DNA of 48,268 nucleotides from Salisapilia sapeloensis CBS 127946 (Eukaryota; Protista; Oomycota): NCBI GenBank assembly GCA_023334545.1, contig JAADVB010000143.1, positions 1 to 48,268 of the forward strand, read 5' to 3'. Shown piece by piece: positions 34,901 to 46,678 of this stretch (position 1 is its first letter; each line of letters starts with the position of its first letter). The notes under the pieces were generated by a model. It saw only the letters and a program-made list of their open reading frames with translations, ran no database searches and was not told where the DNA came from. The position numbers and the translations under genes were made by a program.

Positions 34901-36393
34901 AGTCTTGAAACATGAGCATCGGCTATATCTCCGACGGTTAGAACGTCTTGCCATTCGACTGCAGACATCTTGTCGTGCGTTCTTAGCAAAGAAAGAGGTA
35001 GCTAGAATAAGACATGAGATCCAAGAGCGACAGGATGCGGCTACAAAGCTCCAGTCCATGTACAGAGCAAAGAAGCAGTATCAAGCATTTAAAGTCATGC
35101 AGCTCTTAAACTTACAACGAATGCAGAACGATGCCGCGATTTTGCTACAACGTCATTGGCGTGGACGGAAGGATCGAGTGGGGTACCAACTACTCAAGGA
35201 AGTACAACGGAAGAAGAGAGAAAGAGAGTTGGAACTTCTCATCCATCTGCAGCGTTTTACGCGCATCTTTTTAATCCGACTGCGTGCAAAGAAGGTTATG
35301 ATGGGGCTACTAGCAGCAAAGAGGCATGCAGAAGAGATGGAAAGGTGGGCAGTAACACTAGTGCAGTCCCATTGGCGACGTCGGCAGGCATGGAAGGAAG
35401 TGGAAACCGTACTTGCCAATCGACGTGCGAGGTGGAAGCAGCTTGTCGATTATGAAAACCACCATGGATGTGGTTACGGAGCTCCCTTCTACTATGTAAG
35501 CCTTGGACAGATATCACATGTAGACATTTATTCATCCTGCTTCATGCTATAGAACCAACTGACTGGAGAAGTTCGTTGGCGCATGCCATTAGAGTTACTA
35601 GCTTTAATCCCTCGTCCGAAGTGTGATCAATGCCGTACGTACTCTTCGCTTCATACTCTTTGTTAAGATTAACAATGCCATCTATGGTCCTAGAAACACC
35701 GGAGAGTGCAAGTGTCGAATGTAGAGTGTGTGGAGAATACTTTTGTGATAATGTACGTATATTTATAAAAGTATTTATCGACATAAATTATTATGAGAGC
35801 TCTGTACGTAGTGTGAGAATGTTATTCACGGAGGTGGAAATCGGATGGAACACCAGCGACGGTATCTCTTTGACTACTATGGTGTCCGATGTGACTATGG
35901 AGACGGAGACTTTCCATCCGAGTGGCCGTCGGAAATCCATCACGACCAAGCGCGTGGGTATGACTTTGTCAGTCAAACGCCACTGGAAAACTATCACGAT
36001 GTCGTATGGCAGATACAAAACGCCATGACGATATCAACGACCGAGCCGTCCTGTTTCCAACACTACATGCCTCAGGAGACCGAAGGCACTGTCTTGTCTT
36101 CTTATGCTGCTCAAGGAGACTACGACGAGCCAGGAAATCAGTCCTATATGACCCAGGAGACTGAAAATACTGTCTTGCCATCCTATGCTGTTCAAGAAGA
36201 TGATAGCGACGAGCAAGGGAATAGTCTATGGGAGTGCTTCTACGATGATGAGAGGCAAGAGTATCGGTACTACCATCGCATCACGAATCGAATCTACGAC
36301 GAAGGAGTCTACGACAACGATACCAACGAGACTTCTACCCCTTCTAGTCAAGTGTATCAAGAAGGGAATTACGACTACAACATTCCGCTCTAA
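31972..36393 (+). CDS. Large multidomain protein: FBXL/AMN1-type LRRs - IQ repeats - WW-like - B-box-like Zn finger - WW; ~8 exons
   Basis: Exon 1 31972..32043, GT..AG to 32099. Cys-containing LRRs (LNLSGCIGI, LYLTSCYKVTDSGI, LNLTGCHKITD, LDLSQCYQITD). Many IQ motifs (RIQKLF, RLQSMWRG, RIQRRYRG, CIQRIYRG, LLQRHWRG). FYY|NQLTGEVRW; CDQC..CRVCGEYFCDN|CENVIHGGGNRMEH; WECFYDDERQEYRYYHRIT. Confidence 0.8.
36064..36225 (+). repeat. Two ~81-bp imperfect tandem units inside the last coding exon
   Basis: YMPQETEGTVLSSYAAQGDYDEPGNQS vs YMTQETENTVLPSYAVQEDDSDEQGNS; units start at 36064 and 36145. Confidence 0.8.
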
Positions 36394-36781
36394 GAACACA
36401 CGCATGGTCACTGGCTTTTGTCACTTGCAAAGGAAACCTGCATACACATCCAAGTATTTTAACAAGGTCAACGAACGATAAGAGAGCTAGAGATTTAATA
36501 AAATGAACAAATGGGAGACGAGATACGTTAGAGGAGCCAAGCGCATGTTGAATTCCACTCCTACATGATAGCAAAAGCATTAAAGTCAGGTTAGCAAGAT
36601 CCAGTACGTCCGTTCAAATGGTTGAGGATGTATCGTCCATCACGTAGTGCGTCCTCTTGATCGAAAGAAGAACCTTGGACAAGCGATGCTTTTCACCAAA
36701 GTGTAGAAGGCTGCATGGCTTGCCACAAGCAAGATGAAAAAGAATTGGAGAAGACGATAAGAGATGGCGACGGGCGTTCGC

Positions 36782-38779
36782 TTAGGCAAACTCTCCCGCC
36801 TCAAACCTGTCCACTGGGAAGTGCGTTACTTGGACAATGTTTCCACCAAACTTTCGACCGGAAAGCGTCTGTAGACACACATCAAGCGTCAGTACATCAA
36901 GACATTCCTACTATCAAGAAAAGAAACATACCTTGATAGCCTCAGCCGCTTGATTCGGCTGTGCGTACCGAACGTAGACACTTCCGACGCCAGGCACTTG
37001 CTCGCCATCCTACAATCCATTCCATCAGAGCATGCTTTAGGCATCCTGTATACATCATGTACCTTTGGACGTGGGACTTGCATGGCTACTACTTGCCCAA
37101 AGCGTTTGCACTCTTCTTCTACGTCTTCACGCAAGTCGGCGTACTCTTCATCGTCTTTCAACTCTTCCTCCGACACGATATCCGCCTACAAGAACACTTA
37201 GCTTTTATAAGACTTTCGCACCAGTTATCAAACATACCAACTTGATGACCGTATCCATCTGTGGTTTCTTTTCCTTCATCTCGCTCCCAGCCTTGGCAAT
37301 CGACAGCTCAACGCCACCGAGATCTAATCCATTTAAACCTTGCACAGCCGTTTCCGCGACACTATTATCCTCATACTCGAACAAGGCACTTGACGTCGCG
37401 CCTTCCCCACCTTGCACTAGGATAAAGCCACGCAAACCTCCAAAAGGTGTCACGAGCTCCTGCACTTGCTCTGCCGTCAACATACCAGGGATATTCGTCA
37501 TAATCAGACGATTCGGATTGTCGCTATTCACATGCTGCGGTACGCCCGTAGACTCGGAAGATACTTCTTCCATCGATGCCAACGCCGTCGGTAGTCCCAA
37601 CGTCGCTGCGTTGCCAAACTGTTGGCCGCCAAAGGAAAAGTTAGACGACGTCGAGCTCCCAGCGGCGAATAGCTGTAGGTTTGGTGTGCACCCGAGATTA
37701 GACAGCGCTGTCTGCGTTCGTGCAGATACAGCAGGCACAGGCTGTGGCGGTCCGACAAAGCTCTTAGGTCTTCCGAACTTGAGTGGACGTCCGAGGAGCG
37801 GCAGTTGGTTCATGAGCAATGCCAAGTTGGTTTCTTCTACCGACCGCATTTCACAAAAGGCAAAGTGTCCGTCGGCAGAGATCCATGTATTTAAGATTGG
37901 ATTCCCATGACTCACACTTAATCCGACCTGCTGGATGATCGTACCGAGAAACTCTTGTAATTGTGGACCAGTGATACTCGGAGGAAGGTTACCAATGTAC
38001 AATTCCCTACACGGCTTCTGCTGTGTGCCACCAACAGCTAGATTGGACGTCTGCATCTTGGAAATGATCTCTTGAAGACTTAGCGTCGGATGTTGTGCCA
38101 TCAATTGAGAGATTGAATTGGCGTCTTGACTGCCACCAGCACCAAAGGAAGAGTTGATCGCATAGTCTTGAGGCTCCGGAGAACTGTTCGCATCACGTCG
38201 TCTCGAAGCTTCTGCCAAATGCAACGGATTGACCTTCTTCGGCGTAGGAGAATTGGATTTCGATTTCGACTTGGATTTCGAAGCACTTCGACTGCGACGA
38301 GAACGACGGCGGTGACGACGGTCATGGGATCTAGAACGACGATGGCGATGGGAGGACGAGCGAGATCGATGCCGACGACTGCGACGGGACGAGCGAGACC
38401 GTGAGCGAGAGTGACGGCTGCGTCTGGACTTGCGACGTGATGCAGATCGCTTTCCATGATCGTCTTCACTTCGATCACGCTTGCGCGATCGACGCGACTC
38501 TTTTTCACCGTCGTCATCTTTCTTACTATCATTCTCATCTTTATGCCTCGAGTGACGGCTACGACGTTCTTTTGATCGAGATCGAGAGGTTGAGCGAGAA
38601 CTATGGCGCTTACGCCGTTCTTTCATGCTTTTCCGAGCGCTTTCTCGCTGCGCTTCTTCATCTGTTTCCATGGCGTTATCGTCGGTCTGCTTTCTATCTT
38701 TTCCCTCCGATTCGGACTTTTTCTTCCATCCAGCTGCACGCAGCTTGGCTCGAATGGCAGCTTCCTCCTCTTCGCTCAT
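36782..38779 (-). CDS. U2AF2: Splicing factor U2AF large subunit (U2AF65/U2AF2), 4 exons
   Basis: RS domain; RRM1 RELYIGNLPP..FAFCEMRSVEET; RRM2 NRLIMTNIP..VQGLNGLDLGG; spliced UHM EELKDDEEYADLREDVEEECKRFG..VPRPK|DGEQVPGVGSVYVRY..|TLSGRKFGGNIV. Stop TAA at 36782..36784. Confidence 0.93.
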
Positions 38780-39323
38780 GAGTGCAGGAAACAAGGAAGT
38801 ACGAGCTCGTGGCAACTTGCAAGTCGGCGGTTGGAGTTTGTGTCCAGGAGTTGGATAACATCGTTACGAACATGTTCAATACAAAAGGCAAGTCCGTTTA
38901 GGACTGTTAGGAACGGAGCTCTTATCGTCGCAGATGATTGAAAGTATCTTGGCGAGGATGTACTTGAAGAAGGATGGGTGGTCATAGGCTATGGATACTA
39001 TCAGTACAAAGTCTATGGTACCTCTCGCTCATGCCTGGTGCTGATTTAGTTGTTGTAGACAGCATATATTGCGTGGTACTTGCATCTTACTACTAAATTG
39101 TACTCTTTATATAATAAAACGCATACTTGCACGAATCACAATTAAGCCCATACATTATGCAATATAGAGTAAAGCTTAAAGAACTGGCAAGGCGACGTTA
39201 AATCGCCCCTGTACTCGCTCCGTCGTTTACTTCACCTCGGCATCCATACATCGTACCATGGACTTCAAGGCATAAACCACGAAAAAAGAATAAAACAACC
39301 TTCTATTCTCAACGAGAAGAAAT

Positions 39324-42300
39324 TCATTTCCTTGAAGTCTTGTTGGACTTGGTCGCTCGTCCTTCCACTGCTTCTCGTAGTCTCTTACTTTTGATCGAAG
39401 CATACTTAACCTGATCTTTATAACTGCGAAAGTAGTCCTCCATCCGTGTTTGCACCCCTCTCGAACTCTTCTCCGCCATCTCTTTCTGTTTCTTCACCAC
39501 CGGTTGCAACACCCCGTCACTCTTATCACCATCCCATCCAAACGCCTTCATCGAGTACGTCCTCAAAGCTTCGACATCCGGCAGACTCCATGAAAACCGA
39601 GCATCCGACTTATCTACTTGTGGCTGCTTATAAGCTTTTACCACATGTGTATTCGGAAACTCATCTCCGAGTTCCCACTTGCGTCGAGCCTTCGCATGAC
39701 TCTCTTCAAACTTCTCCCGCAAGCTCTTCTCTCCATCACTCTTCCTCTTCTCTTTCGTTGCTTCCTCTAGCAGATTGAACGACTGGACCCAGTCCTTAAA
39801 ATCCTTCAGACCTTCAACACCAGGGTACGCTGTCACGATCTCCGTCGCGTTTACAATCCCAACGCCTTTGACACCATCCGTATAGTCACTACCAAGCAGC
39901 AAGGCTAAGGCAATGAGCTCCTCACGTCCAAACCCGAGCTCTCGCTCGACATCTTGAGCGTCAAACGCTTCGACAAACTTTTGATGATGAAAAATATTCT
40001 TATACACTTTCTGACCGCCAAAAGGGAACACGTCACTATCATCTGTGATCACGCCGTCGACAAGACCTAGCTCTTCCAACGTCGTGCACTGCGCTTCAGC
40101 TTCCGCCGGACACACGAGGTATGGGACACCAAAGAGTTGGAGGAGATGCATCACGTCCTGTACCATCTCTTCATCAAACCCTTCGACATCTCGTTGCTGT
40201 CGATTACGTAGTTTCTTCAATTCTTCCTGCTGAGCTGCTAAGAGCACGTCGGACTCTGGTTCTGTCGTATCTGTCTGGTAGTGAAGGTATCGACCAGAGG
40301 GTCTTGCAGGAGGATCTGATAAAGATGCTTGGATAGCTTGCTCCAATTGATCATCTTCTTCACGAGAAGACACCTGAGCCTCATCCACTTTCTCTTCCAT
40401 ACCGCCTGCTTCTTCCTCTTCCTCATTCACTTGAGCGGAAGTGGTAGTCGATGTAGATTCCTCGACTGCCTTGGATTTATCCTCTGCAGTGAGATCGACA
40501 GGAGCTGTATCGTTGAATTGTGGTCTGGCAGGAGGGAGTTCAAGTTGCGGCCTGCTACCTGCATGCTGTGCTAGAGCACGACGTACAGCTCCAGCAGCCC
40601 ATTGCGTAAGGTTGGAAGCAGTTGTAATAGCAGAATTTAAAGCTTCTGAACGAAGAGCTTCCAAGTCTTTCTCTCCTTTAGCATCCTCTAGCTCATTCCT
40701 CAAGTTCATATATAATTCATCTTCGCCGTCTTTTGGATTTGTAGTAGTTTCTTCATCCTGCTCTTGTTCCAACTCTTCTTTCGTTTCTTCTCGGGTAGAA
40801 AGATGCTTATCGTCTGAAGTTTCATTTGTAAAGGTTGATCCATGTGTCTTGTTCATGTCTGTATCTACATCTTCCCACTCCACATCATCCTCTTCTTCCG
40901 TTTCTTGTTCTTCGTTTATATCGCTCTTGTCAAACATTGATGCAGGGAATAACGACATGTCTTTATCATCATTTGATACTTCATCCATTCGGAAAGAGAT
41001 AGAAATCGGTGCTGCTTCTTTTTTTACATTCGACTCTTTATCGACAGAAGACGAATGATACGAAGACACTTGATCGTCTTCTGGAACGTCCTGACCAAGA
41101 CGTTTAAGACGAGCTTTTTCAATCGCCAGCATCGGCTCTGGCTTTGCTTCCCATTTACCAAACTCCCATCCTGTTGTCGCTGGAACGTCATTAGACTTCC
41201 ACTGCTCCTTTTCTACCTGTGTAGGAAAGTAGGTAGAGGACGGAGCGTCAGCTTCCTGTACAACTGATTTGCTCTCTGGCTGCTCAAACTTCTCTCCGAT
41301 AGCATGTTGAAAACTACCATCAAACGACAGTTCTCCTATCTTTTTCTTTGGTTTACCCTCAGTCTTATCATCCCACACGACTGGCACCTCCTCTTTCTTT
41401 TCATACTCCTGTGCCTTCTTTTCATACTCCTGTGCCTTCTTTTCAGGCTCCTTTGGTTCTTTTTCATACATAAAGTAACGATCGCTCGTGGAATCAATAC
41501 GCTGTCCACTACTTGCTGTCCGTCCATCTACTCCCTTCGCATCCTCTTGATGTTTCTTGGCTTTTGCTGCACCTATACGTTTATTCAATTTGGTCGTTTT
41601 CAGAAACGATGCGATCTGAGCTCGAGAGTAGTCTTCTGGTGCTCCAGCTAGTGGTATAAATGTCTCTCGAGCTTCCTGACGTCGATCACGTCGAATGCGT
41701 TCAATCATGTCTTTCTGAAGATGCGGTGGCATGGCAAACACGGCATCAAGGTCGATCGTAGACGTAGGTCCATCACCCAATTCAATATCTTCCACCGCCA
41801 TTTCATCTGTGTCAGAAGCAACGAAATCTTCTTCTTGTATTTCTGATGGAGACACATCCGAAGACTCCACAGTTTCTACTGTATTCTCTACATGACTTTT
41901 GTCATTTTCAATCTGTTCTGCCGATGGTACGGGCTCGGATGCTTCTGTATCGTCCACTAATATATAGCCAGGATCGACTGCTGGAGCAGCTTTGCCTCCA
42001 TTACGTTTCATCTGAGCTTGATGCATCTTTATTCGATTTATCAGAATCCGCTGTGCCGTTTGTTTCAAATTGGAAGTCTATTGTCATGAAGAATGAGTAC
42101 ACAAGCACTTGGATTATCCTTTATAATGGCATGTACCTGGTCTTGCTGTCGCTTGCGTCGACGAGCCGTTGTACGCTTCTTGATCTCTGGCGTTTGTCCA
42201 TCAAAGACAAACACTGGCTTGATACCATAGAACAAGAGTTTCGCCACACGATGGAAGGTACCCAAGACATGAGCATTTCGAATCATCTTCCCTTCATCGT

Positions 42301-42430
42301 CTCGCATTGCCTTGACAAACTGTGTCAACCAGATACTAGCATCTACAGCTAGTACTTTTCCTTCTAGCGACTCGATTTCAATCTGACGTCCGACAGGAGC
42401 TAGAAGCATCCATAAGTTCTGAACACCCAT
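39324..42430 (-). CDS. ERCC5: XPG/Rad2 (ERCC5) nucleotide-excision-repair endonuclease; 2 exons (intron 42078..42136)
   Basis: N domain [38 protein letters not shown] domain [55 protein letters not shown]. Long acidic spacer between the two. Confidence 0.96.
41397..41445 (-). repeat. 21-bp tandem repeat (2.3 copies) in the XPG spacer
   Basis: CTTTTCATACTCCTGTGCCTT x2 plus a partial copy, encoding EKKAQEY repeats. Confidence 0.9.
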
Positions 42431-42587
42431 TGTCTACTAGCACTCGTAGTCGAATAATCGACCTTGTCGTATTTGCATCAAGTTCTTCTGCTTTTCTGCC
42501 AATCGAAAGCTATAAGATTTATTTCATCCAATCCGATGTACTGCTGAAACGGATCTTGAAAAGGTGCACGATCGAGGTATCTCTACC

Positions 42588-44238
42588 ATGGACCTGGTGC
42601 GAGTTGGAGACCGAATTGAGTTTTCCTTTGAACCTTTTGCAAAAGATGATGAGATCTTTTGGATAGCAGGTCAAGTTGTTGAGATAGAAGAAGCAGAAAC
42701 TACAACATGCATCGTTCAAACATCTCCTTTTGAACCTTTACAAAGACTCGACTTCCAGCATATCCCGTTTAAAGTACATATATTGCGTACACATTGATCT
42801 TGTCGCGCTAAAGTTGCTATGGACGACTTATACGCTGTATTAGGTTCTGTATGAAGAAGGTGAACTGCAAGTATTATCGTCCAGAATCGAAGGGATGGAC
42901 GTCGAAGTTGTTAATGATGATGGATATTATGATCAAGCTAAAATCAAACGCGTCGACACGGAAGTGAATTGTGCATTACTAGTTTATGTATCAGGCAAGA
43001 AAGAATGGACAGATATGTCTTTACTCAGCTTTAAATTACTAGTCAGTAATGAACAATGTTCTTCTCGGATTGAACCAAGTGACCGTGCTCGAGATCAAGG
43101 TGCAGCGCTGCAAGGCGAAGACACCCATAGTCCTCTAAGCAAAGCAGATCTTCAAACGCTATCTCAAGGCACAGAAGTCGATTCAGCTCACTCCAAGCTA
43201 CAATATGATCAAGATAAAATGCTTACTAGTAAAATTCCCTTCCTCAAACTGACCAATGTTGGTACTGCCAGCTTACCTAGCCATGGATACTCACTGAACC
43301 AAGCTAGCCTTGACAAATCAAGGGGCTCATGCTCACCAGACAAGAAGCCACAAGATACTGAGAATCGTTTCCCGACAAACTCAGTACGCTTAACAGAAGC
43401 GCTCGTTAGCATTAATGACGTCAAGAGGCAAAACACGACACCTCGTGGTCCTAAAGTCAACCGAATACCACAACTTATTCGTTCACCACCACCTGATTTC
43501 AATTGGTATAGCGAAGGGATGCATGTAGAAGTCTGTAAAGACAATGGTGATTTTATTGAAGGTGCGGTGCTTTGTCAGGCGATTACAGATTCCATTGTAC
43601 ATCTCTACAACGAAGAGCATCAATTCTTCGAACTATATGTTGGTTCACAGCTATTAAAAGTAATTGTTCATGGTATGAATACGTTGACGATGATTCCTGC
43701 AGACCAAGAAGTCGAGGTGTATTCTCCAATGAAAGGAATGTTTCGACCAGGAGTTCTCATTAAAAAAGTACTACGAGGCACCTTGGCCCCCGTGAAATTT
43801 AATGACAATTGCGTAGAGTGGTTTGACTTGTCTTGTCAAACATTTAAACTCATTTTTAAAGCTGCTAGTAATACTAGCAGAACACAGCAACAGGACATAA
43901 CAGCAAAGCTAAACGCTGAATCAAGGCCAAATGCACATAAGAGTTCAAAGTCCGCGTCTTTTAACTTGAACGGTATATCTCCAGTACCAATAGATACCAC
44001 CGTGGATGCAGAAGCTAGTGTCCTAAGGCCGATAGCACACACAGTACAGAATCAAACGCTTTCCAATTCGAATGCACACGCAAACCGTATTGAAACTAGT
44101 GGTGACGTCCATGCAATTCTGAGGAGCATCATCCGAACGATAGAACTACAACAGGAGAGGGCAATTCGATATAAGGATCAATATCCAGTCGGTGCACTAG
44201 AAGCTGTCCGTATTTCTGGTAATCGCTCCTCTATCTGA
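42588..44238 (+). CDS. Hypothetical protein with repeated Tudor/Agenet-like beta-barrel modules; 2 exons (intron 42774..42843)
   Basis: The splice joins PFK|VLYEE in frame. Repeated units VGDRIEF..WIAGQV, EGMDVEV..YDQAKI, EGMHVEV..FIEGAV and DQEVEVYSP..FRPGVL..VKFNDNCVEWFDL. Confidence 0.65.
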
Positions 44239-44351
44239 AGAGCATGCTACTCGCGCTGATTCGATAAAATTCTACAATCTTTCTTCCAATTGGTGTAAAT
44301 TCGATGACAACATAACTTGACAGCAAAAATCCTTTTGGTGGAAGAAGGAAG

Positions 44352-45376
44352 ATGACAGCAGGAAAAAGCCAATTGCTGCGTGGGAAAAAGGCTTTGGTTG
44401 TGGGCTTACTCAATAAGCACTCTATTGCTGCTCAAATTACCAATGCACTTGTGAAAAATGGTGCAGAAGTCGTGGTGTCGTCTAGTAAGGAGCTGAAACC
44501 AGGTCAAGCTCATCAAATGTGTGGTTTGGTCGATAATGTGGATGCTTTACACGCAGCAACATGCGACGTCGAAAGTGATGCAAGCATTGAACATTTAATG
44601 GAAACTTTTGGCAGTATTACGAATGGAAAGTTGGACATTCTCGTCCATTCTGTTGCTTTTGCCCCTCGACCTACGTTTCGCAATGACGGTTTCCTCAATG
44701 CTTCCAGAGACGACTGGAATCAAGCAATGAATGTCAGTGCTTACTCGCTCATCGCTTTAACAAGAGCTGCACTTCCACTACTACAGAATACACCTCAGGA
44801 ACAAGAGGAGAAGACGAAAAGTATTATGGCACTAACGTATGCTGGATCAACAAAGGTTCTTACTCATTTTCATACGCATTTTCTGCTTGTTTCATATCTA
44901 TATGTTAGATCATGCCTGGATACAATGTTATGGGGCCTGCAAAGGCAGCATTGGAAGCAACTTCTCGACAGCTTGCTTATGACCTCGGACCGAAAGGAAT
45001 TCGTGTTAATTGTTTGAGTCCTGGGCCCATGAATACAGTGTCTGCTCGTGGTGTTCCTGGCATATCGGTAGCTTATCAATTTATGAACGCCAAATCTAGT
45101 GCAAACCAGTTTCTAAAGCTCCTTTTTACATTAGCAAATGCGGAAGTTTGCGGAGCAGAACACCCCATTGCGTCGAAATTCATCCGGTGAGGACATTGGA
45201 AATTTAGCAGCATTTCTCGCTAGCGACATGTCGAGCTCCATCACAGGACAAACATTATACGGTAGTACCCTTTTTATGGCCTGTACTCTTTAGTCTATCT
45301 AACTAACATGTCTGGAACAGTGGATGGTGGACTGAGCTCGTTGCTTCCTTTTCAAAGCACAGGCTCTACAGAATGA
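44352..45376 (+). CDS. fabI: Enoyl-ACP reductase (NADH), bacterial FabI type, 281 aa; 4 exons (introns 44856..44908, 45068..45134, 45262..45320)
   Basis: GKKALVVGLLNKHSIA, LDILVHSVAFAP, VSAYSLIAL, ALTYAGSTK|IMPGYNVMGPAKAALEA..LGPKGIRVNCLSPGP.NT.SARG, ITGQTLY|VDGG. The spliced frame is 282 codons. Confidence 0.93.
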
Positions 45377-45501
45377 AAGAGAACTTACCATAGCTAACGT
45401 GAAAGAAACATGTATTGACGGTGAAACGCTTATTTGGTCTCAGTTTTGTCCACATCCTCGCATTCATGCGGCAAACTGGTGTCTTCTGTCTTTAATTATC
45501 T

Positions 45502-46522
45502 TCAGCATCCTTCGCTACCGGCAAATTGGTCGAGTCTTCGCAGTAAAGGTGTGCCATTTCTGTGATCGCATGGACGCTTACTCTCCAATACAAGTGCTGG
45601 AGTGCGGAGTGCAAATGAGGGATACAGTGGCATTTCCATGCTCACAATGCAAGGACAAAGTGAAATTTGTGGGGGATAAACTGGACAATAGGACGGAAAC
45701 ACAGGGGCAATTGGGTAAAAAACACCCTTCGTGCCACCATGTATGAATCCATGTTCGTATGATGTGTCCTTTTGTCGAGTAGGAGACGGAGTAGGTGTAT
45801 CCTCTCTATCTTCCTCTGTTGATCCACTTTGACTTCCAGTAGTAATTGGCACGCAGTGCTCTAAAATTTTGACATAAAAAACCATGATGATAGCTGAGGG
45901 TACTACACGTAAACGTACTATAGGCAAGCCACTTTGGTTCGTCCAGCACTAACCAGTAGAAAGTAAGGATGCATGATCCATGACAGCTATCATACTTTAT
46001 CGGGACCCGAACGACGTCATTGCCGCCATACGTCTGTACACAGTTTCTAGCATCAACCACTCGCACGTCGTCAATCCAGACTTCACATGGTCCCTATCGA
46101 ATGTATCGTTTAGCAATTCTTTACAACATTTACAGATCATATCATGTAGGTCGTACATAGTGGTTTCTTTGCTGCCACCCATCATCACTCTCGAGACGTA
46201 ATTCATTGGCATTATCAACGTTTATAGGCGAGAAATCGATTCTTGTCGTACTGCAAGAGGGGACAAACGCGTCCACGATTTGACGCAAAGACTGGTACCC
46301 AGCTTGACGAAAGTGAGATTGAAAGCAGCGATTGTTGTCACTGCCTTTGCTATCCCAGACACCAGGCTGAAATGCCGGAAGAGTACTACCTCGGATGACC
46401 GCATTGGGAGCATATGCGGCCTTTTCATCCGCATATTGTGCACGTGGAAACTCAATCCGAATCCCACAGTTAACGCGATGGATAAGAAATGACAGCAAGA
46501 TCATAATAATCTTCATGTCCAT
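45502..46522 (-). CDS. Divergent AA17 LPMO-like secreted protein lacking the N-terminal His; 3 exons (introns 46094..46156, 45861..45918)
   Basis: Aligns end to end with the neighbouring AA17 (YQSLRQIVDAFVPSC, NHY|GPCEVWIDD, C.G.C.LTFYWL..W.AY|KHCVPI). The predicted mature N-terminus is GIRIEFP instead of HGYVSSP. Confidence 0.82.
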
Positions 46523-46678
46523 GATTTTGTCGCTATGTAAAAGTACTTTATCAAGAAGTTTAGAGTTCTGGAGAAATAAAGCATCAAAGCAAAAGATTAA
46601 ACACAAGGCAACAAACTCAAATGTTATCCATTCATGTTAATGACTAAAGTTGCTTTGTTGTCATAACGTACAAACAAG

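Noticed and set aside
37065-37910. 281-aa plus-strand ORF and other long ORFs antisense to U2AF, XPG, ACSBG and the mannosidase
   Set aside because: They fully overlap well-supported genes on the opposite strand and show no independent domain signal.
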